Origin: an uncultured virus (IMG/VR IMGVR_UViG_3300042367_000583)
Taxonomy: Duplodnaviria > Heunggongvirae > Uroviricota > Caudoviricetes
DNA: 64,000 nt
IMG/VR virus record: IMGVR_UViG_3300042367_000583
Span: 1-64,000 of that record
Strand: one strand, 5' to 3'
Of this stretch, positions 9,709 through 18,928 are shown one piece after another. A program made the position numbers and the translations under genes. Within the stretch, counting starts at the first letter, position 1. Every line of letters begins with the position of its first letter. The notes under the pieces were generated by a model, which worked only from the letters and a program-made list of their open reading frames with translations, had not been told where the DNA came from and did no database searches.

Positions 9709-9906
9709 GTTTTTTTGTTTTTTTTTCAACCGATAACGACGACATCTTTCGGCGTTATCGGTTGAATCAGAGTGGGAGGGTTTTCCTGCTGGATTACCAG
9801 TAAAGTGGTAATTGCAGTCTTTACAGCGATAACGCTGTTTTCCTGACACAGAGAACCCTTTTTTAGAGATTCTCTGTGATTGACATTTAGGACATTGCAT
9901 TGTCAT
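9703..9906 (-). CDS. InsA-like zinc-ribbon protein
   Basis: CPKCQS...KKG...GKQRYRCKDC; no InsB/DDE partner nearby. Confidence 0.75.
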   Translation of the reverse strand: MTMQCPKCQSQRISKKGFSVSGKQRYRCKDCNYHFTGNPAGKPSHSDSTDNAERCRRYRLKKKQKNT

Positions 9907-10150
9907 TTAATGATAGATGAGAATACTGTAACAGTAGATCAATCCATTGATCTTTGGTGTAACCTAACGTTTTCCCGTTAATGGTTGTTGTGGTGAGTCC
10001 TATTTTGCTTGCAAGTGCTACTAATTCAGTAGACTTTAGCCTTTTAAGACTTCTTTCTGTTTTAACATAGAGTTGAAGGTGTTCGTCAGAACCAATAGGG
10101 ACATTTTTGAATTTTTGAGCAAATTCCTTTAATGTGTTTAACCCGTTCAT
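9887..10150 (-). CDS. Small protein with Rho-N/HeH-like motif
   Basis: LKRLKSTELVALASKIGL...TKDQWIDLL. Confidence 0.5.
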   Translation of the reverse strand: MNGLNTLKEFAQKFKNVPIGSDEHLQLYVKTERSLKRLKSTELVALASKIGLTTTTINGKTLGYTKDQWIDLLLQYSHLSLNDNAMS

Positions 10151-10159
10151 GTTTAACTT

Positions 10160-10213
10160 CTTTGGTGTTTTGGTATATACCCAATATAACAGGTATATGT
10201 TTTCGTGTCAAGT
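10160..10213 (-). promoter_or_regulatory. Sigma70-type promoter cassette B, copy 2
   Basis: TTGACA-17-TATATT. Confidence 0.8.
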
Positions 10214-10519
10214 AGTTTGTCAAACTTTTTTATTATCTTTTTGTAGTTCGTAGATTTACCTATGGTTACACTGATCGCAGAACTGCCAAAAATCTCGGAA
10301 AATCAAGCCAATAAAGTAATCACACACTTTTTGACGGATGACAACTGATAACTGATAACTGATTACAGCGTCGGATATTTATCTAGCACTGTTTGTGCTT
10401 TCTGGTTTAAAGATTGAGTAAATAACTCAATCTCTTTGTAGAAAATTTGGGCCTTTTTAATTTCAGGAATTTGTGTTGTTTCGATTGGTTGTTTATCGTT
10501 AGACATGACTTAGTACCTC

Positions 10520-10593
10520 GTGTGTTTTGTTTACTTTTTATTGTGGATCATTCTCCCAGAAATGTCAACTATCTGGGAGAATCTTTTTTGAAC
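10520..10593 (-). promoter_or_regulatory. Promoter/operator cassette A (variant)
   Basis: TTGACA-17-CACAAT; inverted repeat TTCTCCCAG...CTGGGAGAA spans the -35. Confidence 0.75.
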
Positions 10594-10624
10594 AAGTGTA
10601 CTACTGATAACTGATAACTAGAAG

Positions 10625-11242
10625 CTAACTAATCTCTAAGTCGTTAGCGTCAGCAAAGTCATAGATGTCCATGTACCAGTCTGACCATTCATCAGGGTCA
10701 GACAAATTGACTTTATCGACTGCCCACCGTCTCGAAAAATATAGTCCTGCTTTCCACTTGTCAGGATATGGATGCTTTGCTTTTTCGGTATCGTTGGGAG
10801 TAAGAATAAACTGGAGAATGTCTTTTCCCCATTTACCTTTTTTGATATTGTAAAAGCAAGACAATGCGTTAATTAAGTCGTCGCACTCTTGTTGGTAGTC
10901 AGCAAAGTTTTCTGGCAGTTTAAACTTAGGCTTTTTAGCCATCGGTTTTTTATCTGATTTAGGTTCTGGTTTGGCTTCTAATTGACTGCTTTTTAGTCGC
11001 TTATTTTCCTGTTCCAGTTGATAAATACGAGTATGTAATTGAGTAATACGAGTCGTCAAGTTGTTAATAATCTCATATCCTTCTTTAATAGATTGAGTCA
11101 ATTTAAAATTTTCCCGTTCTAAGTTTTCGGCTTTATCGAACTCTTGGTATTCTAAGTCAGGTTCACTTAGCAACCAATCAACGAGCGCGACCTGCCTTTT
11201 TTCAGAGAAAGTTAACTCATTTTCAGATTCGATAGAAGTCAT
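10625..11242 (-). CDS. Hypothetical coiled-coil protein
   Basis: 205-aa ORF with GAGG RBS, directly under cassette A. Confidence 0.7.
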   Translation of the reverse strand: MTSIESENELTFSEKRQVALVDWLLSEPDLEYQEFDKAENLERENFKLTQSIKEGYEIINNLTTRITQLHTRIYQLEQENKRLKSSQLEAKPEPKSDKKPMAKKPKFKLPENFADYQQECDDLINALSCFYNIKKGKWGKDILQFILTPNDTEKAKHPYPDKWKAGLYFSRRWAVDKVNLSDPDEWSDWYMDIYDFADANDLEIS

Positions 11243-11255
11243 TTTTTTTGTCCTC

Positions 11256-11332
11256 GTGTGTTTTGTTTGTCTATACTTATCTTATGATATTCTCCCAGTA
11301 ATGTCAACTATCTGGGAGAATCTTTTTTCTGA
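11256..11332 (-). promoter_or_regulatory. Promoter/operator cassette A
   Basis: TTGACA-17-TAAGAT with the TTCTCCCAG/CTGGGAGAA inverted repeat; near-identical to 21844..21920. Confidence 0.82.
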
Positions 11333-11676
11333 GCAGATGTACTACGTCTTTGTTTGTAGCGCTGATGCTGAGATTGTTTTCGCTTGGGATCAAGTTCTCG
11401 ATGTTCTAAACAGTATCCAGAATTATTACGGGTATTAAGTGCCGTAAATTTACCCAAAATTAAGCAGGCAGCACAATACTTAGTTTCAGAGATAATTATC
11501 TCTACAGAGAAATTAATCCCTTTTATTTCAGGCTGTTTATCACAGATTAAAGCTACTCTTGTTAGGGCTATGCCCGACAAAAAGTAATCTTGTAACTCAA
11601 CAAGAGTATACAATTTTTGGAGAGAAGATTTTAAAATTTCAAAATCTTCTGATTTAAGAGACAAGATTAGAATCAT
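11308..11676 (-). CDS. Hypothetical protein with C-terminal HNH-like Cys/His cluster
   Basis: CAAC...CLEH motif. Confidence 0.5.
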   Translation of the reverse strand: MILILSLKSEDFEILKSSLQKLYTLVELQDYFLSGIALTRVALICDKQPEIKGINFSVEIIISETKYCAACLILGKFTALNTRNNSGYCLEHRELDPKRKQSQHQRYKQRRSTSAQKKDSPR

Positions 11677-11850
11677 AGCAAATACGCTGTTAATAGATTA
11701 AATTAAGCAGTTTACTGACTTGCTTAGGTCACTGAATTTTAGACAATATAAACAAGCTTTTGGACTTTTTTGGTTCACCTTCTCTATTAAAAATAGATAC
11801 GGTCTGCTGCTTGGTAAATTTTGTGTTATCAATTACTTCTTGAGGTTTAT

Positions 11851-12492
11851 TCACGCAAGCATCTCACAAAAGAGATTTAATTCTAATTGTTTGGTTCTGA
11901 GTTCAATTACTTGAGTTTTGGTTATATTAGTTTGAGACTTAGATTCATTAATTGCCTTTTCTGGTTTCCGATGAAACTCGTCTTTAAATGCTTGTTTTTT
12001 CTCGATCCATAGACAGTATTTTTCTGTTAACCCCCTTTCATCCATTTCTTGTTGGTATTGATCAACCCAGTAAACTACCTGTAGAAGGAGATGGCGATCT
12101 CCCCATTGAATATCATCTTGTGTTCTAAAGTCTCTTTGCATTGATTGGGCAGCTAAAGAATATTTCCACCCGTCAATAATTTCTTTGTCTGTCAGTTCAG
12201 GAGATGGTACGTTGCAGCAGTGTTTTTTAAGGGTAGAAACACTAACAGGGATTTTAACAGTTATATTTTTTACCTTTATTTCTTTTTCTTCTACTGGTTT
12301 CTCTTGAATCAATGCGTTTAATGACTTTTGTTGTTCCCATGTTAGGGTAATTTCTTTTTGCTTTAGATTGAATTGTTCAATTGAAGCTTCTACTTTTAAG
12401 ATTTTTTCAATTAGTTTACGTTGATTTTGTCTTCCTTTAGTAATCTTAAGTTGAGCTTCCAATCGAGCTAATTTAGTTTGCAATGTGTTCAT
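11851..12492 (-). CDS. Hypothetical protein
   Basis: 213-aa ORF with GGAG RBS under a cassette A copy. Confidence 0.7.
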   Translation of the reverse strand: MNTLQTKLARLEAQLKITKGRQNQRKLIEKILKVEASIEQFNLKQKEITLTWEQQKSLNALIQEKPVEEKEIKVKNITVKIPVSVSTLKKHCCNVPSPELTDKEIIDGWKYSLAAQSMQRDFRTQDDIQWGDRHLLLQVVYWVDQYQQEMDERGLTEKYCLWIEKKQAFKDEFHRKPEKAINESKSQTNITKTQVIELRTKQLELNLFCEMLA

Positions 12493-12507
12493 GATTGTTA
12501 CTTCTCC

Positions 12508-12593
12508 GTGTTTTGTTTGTCTATACTTATCCTATGACATTCTCCCAATAAAGTCAAGTATATGGGTCAATCTTTTTTCTGAACGTTTGTACT
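12508..12593 (-). promoter_or_regulatory. Promoter cassette A (variant)
   Basis: TTGACT-17-TAGGAT; one operator half-site degraded. Confidence 0.7.
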
Positions 12594-12612
12594 AAGTATA
12601 TTTACTTGTTAT

Positions 12613-13055
12613 CATTGTAGATACATTGTAGATAGGGTGATCTACAACCGAAACCGTTACCCTGTAAAGGTTCTAGACTTTGTTGATAATGTTGATGTCT
12701 TATAAAGGAAAAAGATAAAAGAATAAACCAGACTGGACAATAAAAAACTGTAGAGTAAAAAAAGCAAACAAAGTCAACAGCAAGGCTGTTGGATTGTGAT
12801 TCGATTGTAGATAACCTTATCTACAATCGAAAGCCTTGCAGAGTATAGGTTTCAAGGTTTGTTTATCTTGTTGGCACTCTATACAGAGAGAGAAAAGATA
12901 GGGAGAAATAAACGAACTGGACAATAAGAGAAGGATAAAAAATCCTGACACAGGGAAATAGAGTGACAATATAAACAAAGTCTAGAACCTATATATATCA
13001 ATGCTTTTTATTGTTGATCAACTTATCTACAATCTATTTACAAACCAACAAACTA
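12613..13055. repeat. Non-coding array 1 of ~90-bp composite palindromic units
   Basis: Three units (two direct, one inverted) of TTGTAGATA-N4-TATCTACAA + GAAA..N..TAGGTTT core + TTTGTTGAT repeats. Confidence 0.8.
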
Positions 13056-13086
13056 TAAACCCCCTATGAGTCCATAGGGGGTTTAT
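13056..13086. terminator. Bidirectional hairpin terminator
   Basis: aaaccccctatg-agtc-catagggggttt. Confidence 0.75.
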
Positions 13087-13159
13087 CTTGAATGTCGGGG
13101 TGAAAACCCTTGCTTTTAGCGATGGGAGTGTCAAATGGGTTTAGGTATTTTTACCGTTT

Positions 13160-13864
13160 TTATCGTTTCTCATCGTTTCTCATAAGCATTCGACCGCCTC
13201 GCCATCCCCGTGCTTTTTCTCGTTCGGTTTCAAGTAGGTTAAATTTAGCTATATCGCGCTCTTTTTCAGCGTGTAATTCTTCGATCACTAGCCGCTTATA
13301 GTCAAGCATCGAGTTTTTACTGCTAAAGTCAGCGATCATAGTCTTTTGAGTTTTGATCAATTCCTCTAGTATTTGCTTCTCTTCGCTTAGTTTGACGATT
13401 TGGCTCTCAAGTTGCCTTACCTCTGTAATTGCCTCGCTCTTGACGCGAAAACCAGCTAATGTGTGAAGGAATAATCGGACTCCTAGCTTAAGCACTTGAG
13501 AGGCTAACTCAGGATTATCCTTTGGCAACCACTTACAGATTAGGTCTTCTGGGATTAGATAAACCCCTTGCAACCCGCCCTCTGTTTGAATTTGAGCCTG
13601 TTTTAGCAATCCTAATCCTAACCCCATTGTGTTACCCCCTTGTAACCCGCTCCCTGTTTGAATTTGAGGGTGATTTGGAGATTCAGAAGTTACCCCCTTG
13701 CTATCTTCTTTAGATAGCCGGTTTAATCGCATAGTGATAGCGTTGTGGCTTTTCCCAGACATACGAGCATATCCTTTGATTGAGGCAAAGCTTTCACCGG
13801 TCTGAGTGTCGATAATTAGCTCGATGCCGTCGTGATCAAAACGTTGTAAAATTAGATCAGCCAT
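13160..13864 (-). CDS. Antirepressor-like DNA-binding protein (KilA-N/Bro-like)
   Basis: GESFASIKGYARMSG helix-turn-helix, duplicated QIQT.GGLQG motif, C-terminal coiled coil. Confidence 0.65.
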   Translation of the reverse strand: MADLILQRFDHDGIELIIDTQTGESFASIKGYARMSGKSHNAITMRLNRLSKEDSKGVTSESPNHPQIQTGSGLQGGNTMGLGLGLLKQAQIQTEGGLQGVYLIPEDLICKWLPKDNPELASQVLKLGVRLFLHTLAGFRVKSEAITEVRQLESQIVKLSEEKQILEELIKTQKTMIADFSSKNSMLDYKRLVIEELHAEKERDIAKFNLLETEREKARGWRGGRMLMRNDEKR

Positions 13865-13947
13865 ATTAGCCTCTACAGTAGGTTGACTTGGTTAGTCCCT
13901 CGCGTCAACGAGGGCATATTAATATTGTACTACATTAAATAATCAAT

Positions 13948-13983
13948 GATTCCCCAATATAGAAAATTCTATATTGGGGAATC
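13948..13983. repeat. 36-bp palindrome (17-bp arms)
   Basis: gattccccaatatagaa-aa-ttctatattggggaatc. Confidence 0.9.
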
Positions 13984-14108
13984 TGGACACAGAAAAAACA
14001 AAAATCAGGGAACCTGCTAACAAAAACAACAAACTAATAAAACCTATATACATCAATACTTTCTACTGTTAATACACTGTTAACAGATTGTTAGCAGTGT
14101 ATTAACTA

Positions 14109-14136
14109 AAAACCCGTCAATCAATTGACGGGTTTT
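14109..14136. terminator. Bidirectional terminator
   Basis: aaaacccgtcaat-ca-attgacgggtttt just after the stop of 14139..14420. Confidence 0.8.
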
Positions 14137-14138
14137 GA

Positions 14139-14420
14139 TTAATTAAATTTTTTGTACTCTTGTAGTATTAGGTCGGTTGCCTCCTCAATTTGGTTTCCTT
14201 TTGATAGCAGTTTAAGGACTTTAGCCAGAACTTGCCTGACTCGTTCTTTACCTATTCCTAATTCTGCTGTAGTTGCTGCCACTCTAAAGCGATAGTTCCG
14301 ATGCCGGGAAGTTACAGGCACTGGGTCAAGATTATTGTTTTTTGCCCACACCAGATAGATGTAGGCTTGTCTAGGTGTTATCACTTTTGTTTTTCTAGTC
14401 TTAATTTTTGAAAACATCAA
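14139..14420 (-). CDS. Sigma70 region-4-like HTH protein
   Basis: TTAELGIGKERVRQV resembles the r4 signature (IG...SRERVRQI). Confidence 0.6.
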   Translation of the reverse strand: MMFSKIKTRKTKVITPRQAYIYLVWAKNNNLDPVPVTSRHRNYRFRVAATTAELGIGKERVRQVLAKVLKLLSKGNQIEEATDLILQEYKKFN

Positions 14421-14952
14421 TCATCTGGTATTCTTTGATTAAATCAAGGGAATATACACTCCAAATATGAGCGTCTAAAAAGTTAATTCCCGCATTTTTT
14501 GCCGCTAGTTTATCTTCTTCTCGATCTCCTACCATTAAAATATCGATAGGGTCTTTGTCAAAGGCTCTTAAAGCGGCAAAAATCATCCCAGGATTAGGCT
14601 TTCTGAATTGCTCAATAAGATCGGGGTACAGTTCATCAATTTGCACGCAGGAACATTTTCTCACGCGAAAACATTCTCGTCCTTTAAAATCAGGGCAAAA
14701 ATAAATGCAAGAAAGCCGTGGAAATATTTCTAAAGTTTTTTGCTGTTCTTCGATTGCACTTTTTAAGGATTTATGTCCGGCGGCTACTCCGCCCTGATTA
14801 GTGATTCCTATCATCGTCCATCCCTCTTGATGGTAAATTTCCATAGCTTTTATCGCCCCTTCGATTGGTTCCTGATCGTTTGGATCTTCGATGAATTTTC
14901 CGTTGGTAGATTGGCGGATCGTGCCATCAAGATCGAGCAATAAAGCTTTCAT
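14401..14952 (-). CDS. HAD-IIIA phosphatase (GmhB / PNK 3'-phosphatase-like)
   Basis: DLDGT, TNQGG, RKPNPGM and GDREED motifs. Confidence 0.9.
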   Translation of the reverse strand: MKALLLDLDGTIRQSTNGKFIEDPNDQEPIEGAIKAMEIYHQEGWTMIGITNQGGVAAGHKSLKSAIEEQQKTLEIFPRLSCIYFCPDFKGRECFRVRKCSCVQIDELYPDLIEQFRKPNPGMIFAALRAFDKDPIDILMVGDREEDKLAAKNAGINFLDAHIWSVYSLDLIKEYQMIDVFKN

Positions 14953-14979
14953 TTTTTCAAATTTTCCCCTACTTAAGCT

Positions 14980-15073
14980 TCAGGGCATCCCTAGTAGGGA
15001 TTAGATAAAGCGCACGCGACTACGACTATAGTACATAGTTTCAATTCCTAATAGGAGTTCTTTGTGCAGCTAC
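14980..15073 (-). CRISPR. Cas-less mini CRISPR-like unit (degenerate repeat / 22-nt spacer / degenerate repeat)
   Basis: Minus strand: GTAGCTGCACAAAGAACTCCTATTAGGAATTGAAAC + TATGTACTATAGTCGTAGTCGC + GTGCGCTTTATCTAATCCCTACTAGGGATGCCCTGA. Resembles cyanobacterial I-D repeats ending CCCTATTAGGGATTGAAAC (recalled, not searched). Confidence 0.6.
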
Positions 15074-15357
15074 CTTAAGTAAATCACTTAATTCTTGATA
15101 GGTGTTGGCGAAGTGTGACAGTTTATCGGGTGTCACTGTGGATACTTTTGTACTGGACTGATTGAATATCCGATTTATTGCCGATTTTCAGCATATTTGG
15201 TTGCTATACGCCCGTTCTTATTGATTATCACCGTTGAGAATATCAGTAAGCATTTTTAGTTACTATAAAAGGTTCTTCCTTTAGATCAACTTAATTTTAT
15301 CGGTTTATTTTTTGGTTACACGGCACAAAATTTGTTATTTTGGCATAATATTGATTA

Positions 15358-16068
15358 ATGGAGATTACATTTAATTTAATGCCAAGACGAAAAAAAGTAC
15401 CACCAAATAACTCAACCCCAACCCCTAAAAGCCCTGTATCAGGCAAGGCTAGTCGGTTTGATAATCTAATACCAAACGTACCTATCGAGTTTGGTCATTA
15501 TCCTATTTGGGAAAGACAACCCTACGAAATGTCTCAATGGTTTGAAAAATTTCAAGCTTTTTATATCCATCTTCCCGCGGGGTACAGAACATTAAATCGT
15601 GCTTTTAATGATTGCGCTATGTCGGCAGGTGAGGAAATTCCAAAGACCGAAAATAAACGCAGTATCACCGTTCCTGAACAATGGCAATTAGCTTATAAAA
15701 TTTATCGATGGGAGGATCGAGCTAAAGCATATTGGCTTAAAAAGATACAAGATCAAGAGGCTTATAGAGATGGAATTTTAAGCCAAATAATAGATAAAAG
15801 CATAAAGAATGCTTTTAGAACACTCGAAAAAAGCGAAGAGATAAACAATCGTTCGCTAGACGATCCTAACGGTAATTGGAGTCATAAAGACGCTGTGATC
15901 ATGGCTAAAGCTGTCACGGAAATAGTAGAAAAAGCATTAGGGCTTGACACTGTAGAATATGCTATTAGTATTTTACAAAAAAATGGGTTGGCCGCAATCG
16001 ACCCCGACGGGAACCTAATAGGACAGCCAACAGATAAAGGTAATTTAGAAGATGAAACTATCTTATAG
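15358..16068 (+). CDS. terS: Terminase small subunit
   Basis: Overlaps the terL start; W.RQP.E...F..F...W..RA.A signature. Confidence 0.7.
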   Translation: MEITFNLMPRRKKVPPNNSTPTPKSPVSGKASRFDNLIPNVPIEFGHYPIWERQPYEMSQWFEKFQAFYIHLPAGYRTLNRAFNDCAMSAGEEIPKTENKRSITVPEQWQLAYKIYRWEDRAKAYWLKKIQDQEAYRDGILSQIIDKSIKNAFRTLEKSEEINNRSLDDPNGNWSHKDAVIMAKAVTEIVEKALGLDTVEYAISILQKNGLAAIDPDGNLIGQPTDKGNLEDETIL

Positions 16069-18928
16069 AAATCTATCTAAGATAAAAGCAGCGACCGAAA
16101 AATATAAACTTGTTAATACCAAAGAAGAAATTGTTTTCCCTCAATTACAAGAGGGAAAACAAGCTTTATTTGGGGAAATTGACGCTGATGTAATTTTCTA
16201 TGGCGGAGGCGCAGGAAGTGGAAAAGCAGGGCGTGCATCCAAGACAGGAAAAGCGATTGGAGATAAAATGCTTTCTATGGCGGATGCGCTTTTAGGGAAA
16301 AGACTATTATCATATAATAGTAGTTTTAATGAATCGCAAATGAAAGATTCAAAGGTCTTGGGATGGAGCGGTCAATGGATTGACTTCTCTGATCTTAAAG
16401 TCGGGGATAAGATTATGAATCCTGATGGTCAGTATCAAGAAATCATCCAAATTCACGAACAGGGATTTAAACAATTTTATCGGGTTTCTTTTGAAGACGG
16501 TACAAGTACAGAATGCTGTGGCGATCATTTATGGTCTTTTTGGGAATCTCGCCGTAATAGCCGCAGGAAGTCTAGTAACGGGATTAATCGAATTGAGTCG
16601 AATCTGACACCTAGAGGATGGAATACTAATTACATTACAAGAGCAAGGGTTAGGGATACTAATTGGTTGATTACTGAGATTAGCAAAGGAAGACGGTTTA
16701 TTGTTCCAGTTAACGCGCCATTGCAATTTACGGCACTTAACAGGTCTGATACTGGCAGAGCCTATTTTTACGGTTGTTTAATAGGCGATGGTTCTTATTG
16801 TAGTGATTCAATTATCGTAACAACTTCTGATAGATTTATTGCTGATAAACTCGTTGATATTTTAGGGAAAGAAGCTACCGTTAAAACACGAACACCAATA
16901 AAAGATGACCGTTTAGAAGTTTTATCCGTCAACGCGACAAAAGTTCAATGGGTTAAGTCTTGGATAAGCAACAATGAATATAAAGGAAAAAGAGCGTGGG
17001 AAAAAGTATTTCCCGACGGCTATTTATCAGCATCTCTTGATTTTCGTTATGCGTTTGCTCAAGGTCTTTTTGATACAGATGGAACTGTTGGAGACAAAAA
17101 AAGAGAAGTTTCCTATTGCACAACCAGTAAAAATTTGGCTATTCAGGTAGCTTCTTTGGTTCGTTCTTTGGGTTATATGGCTAAGATTACGAAAAGACAA
17201 CCAAAATATAGATACAAAGGGGAGCATTTAGATGGTCGTACAGCTTACGTCGTGGCTGTTGAGGGAAATCACCTTGAATTACTTTTTAGTTTGCCGCGTA
17301 AAGTTGAACGAGCGAAAATGCTTGGACAATTTAATGGGGGATCAAGTTGGCCGGGTAAAAGAATTGTTTCTATTGAACCGACTGAAATTGATTACGCTCG
17401 TTGTATTACTGTTAGTAATCCAAATCATCTTTATTTAACAGATGATTATATAGTTACGCATAATAGTGCCGGGCTATTAATTGATTTTGCCCGTCAAGAA
17501 TTTATTAGCAATCCTGACTATCGGGCTGTTATATTTCGTCGGACGTATCCTGAATTTACTCAAGCGGGCGGTTTGATAGATGAAAGCCAAAAAATCTATC
17601 AAGCAGTGAAAGGTAATTTCATTGAAAAGCCTCCAGGGTGGCGATTTCCGATTGGATCGAAAATATCTTTTAGGCATTTACAATACGAAAAAACTGTCTA
17701 TGTTTATCAAGGGGGGCAAATTGCAAGGATAGGTTTTGATGAATTAACCCACTTTACAGAAGAACAGTTTTTCTATCTTCTCTCTAGAAACCGGTCAGTA
17801 TCGGGGATTAAACCCGCAGTTAGAGCAACCTGTAACCCCGATGCTGACTCTTGGGTAGCTAATTTTATCTCTTGGTGGATCGACCCTAAGACTGGGTATG
17901 CTATCGAAGAAAGATCGGGAATAATTAAATATTTTATCAGACAAAACGGTGTGGTTCATTGGGCCGACAGTAAACAAGAATTAATTGATAAATTTAGTCT
18001 TAAGGATGAACTGCTTGACCTTATTCCTAAAGATAAAAGAGAAAAGTTTTTATCAAATACAGATACTAATATTACACCAGATAAACTGATTAAAAGCTTT
18101 ACTTTTATTCCTGCTACGATTTTTGATAATCCTGCTTTAATTAGGGTTAATCCTACCTATTTGGCCAACCTTTATGCTTTGCATCCTATCGAACGGGAAA
18201 GACTTCTTAGAGGCAACTGGAAGATTAAATACGAAGCTGGTACAGTATTTGATCGGACTTGGTTTGAGATTCTCGATAAAATCCCCGATAATTGGAAATT
18301 AATAGGTAAAGTGAGATTCTGGGATTTAGCGGCAACTGCCAAAGAGAATGCTGAGAATTATCATTGCTATACCAGTGGCACTCTTGTCTATAAATACCAA
18401 AGAATTAAGAACACACTGCCAGATTCAACTGAGATTAAGGAATTTGCTTATGTGATTGCCGATAATATCTGTGAGCAGAAAAAAGTCGGGGAAGTTGAGC
18501 TAATGCTCGAAAATACTGCTGAACTGGATGGGAAAACTGTAGCTGTAAGATGGGAACAGGAAGGGGGATCGAGCGGTAAATTTGTTGAAAATACCATTAC
18601 TAATGTAATTAGAGAAAATCATCCGAACCATGACGTTAAAGCGATCGTGCCTCAAGGGGATAAGCTAACGCGAGCTTTACCAGTAGCCACGGCAGCTAGT
18701 CGGGGACAAATCTTTATCTTAAGAGATGGAACATGGAACACTCGGTTTTTAAATGCCTGCCAGGGTTTTGATGGTAGTAAAAAAACACCCCCGACTAATG
18801 ACATTGTAGATAGTCTATCAGGGGCATTTTATTCTCTTGAAAATGAGTTTCAAGAACATGAGAGGATTATTGGCACGATTGTTACTTCTGCTCCTGTTAA
18901 TCGGTTTAGAAGCGGTTTTAGGGGTTAG
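16052..18928 (+). CDS. terL: Terminase large subunit containing an intein
   Basis: Walker A GGGAGSGK|S, Walker B FDELTHF, TCNP, nuclease WDLA and DIVDSLS motifs. Confidence 0.95.
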   Translation: MKLSYRNLSKIKAATEKYKLVNTKEEIVFPQLQEGKQALFGEIDADVIFYGGGAGSGKAGRASKTGKAIGDKMLSMADALLGKRLLSYNSSFNESQMKDSKVLGWSGQWIDFSDLKVGDKIMNPDGQYQEIIQIHEQGFKQFYRVSFEDGTSTECCGDHLWSFWESRRNSRRKSSNGINRIESNLTPRGWNTNYITRARVRDTNWLITEISKGRRFIVPVNAPLQFTALNRSDTGRAYFYGCLIGDGSYCSDSIIVTTSDRFIADKLVDILGKEATVKTRTPIKDDRLEVLSVNATKVQWVKSWISNNEYKGKRAWEKVFPDGYLSASLDFRYAFAQGLFDTDGTVGDKKREVSYCTTSKNLAIQVASLVRSLGYMAKITKRQPKYRYKGEHLDGRTAYVVAVEGNHLELLFSLPRKVERAKMLGQFNGGSSWPGKRIVSIEPTEIDYARCITVSNPNHLYLTDDYIVTHNSAGLLIDFARQEFISNPDYRAVIFRRTYPEFTQAGGLIDESQKIYQAVKGNFIEKPPGWRFPIGSKISFRHLQYEKTVYVYQGGQIARIGFDELTHFTEEQFFYLLSRNRSVSGIKPAVRATCNPDADSWVANFISWWIDPKTGYAIEERSGIIKYFIRQNGVVHWADSKQELIDKFSLKDELLDLIPKDKREKFLSNTDTNITPDKLIKSFTFIPATIFDNPALIRVNPTYLANLYALHPIERERLLRGNWKIKYEAGTVFDRTWFEILDKIPDNWKLIGKVRFWDLAATAKENAENYHCYTSGTLVYKYQRIKNTLPDSTEIKEFAYVIADNICEQKKVGEVELMLENTAELDGKTVAVRWEQEGGSSGKFVENTITNVIRENHPNHDVKAIVPQGDKLTRALPVATAASRGQIFILRDGTWNTRFLNACQGFDGSKKTPPTNDIVDSLSGAFYSLENEFQEHERIIGTIVTSAPVNRFRSGFRG
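16226..17464 (+). mobile_element. Class 3 intein with LAGLIDADG homing endonuclease in the TerL Walker A motif
   Basis: Starts with Ala after GSGK and ends VTHN|S. WCT triad present (DHLW, ARCITV, VTHN). LAGLIDADG motifs GCLIGDG and GLFDTDG. Confidence 0.9.

Noticed and set aside
9703..9906. IS1 element
   Set aside because: Only the Zn-ribbon domain is present; no transposase or terminal inverted repeats
12613..13055. CRISPR array
   Set aside because: Units are ~90 bp, degenerate and in mixed orientation
15113..15136. GTGACA-N10-TGTCAC palindrome
   Set aside because: Single copy; spacing does not fit CRP or NtcA sites, so it cannot be assigned
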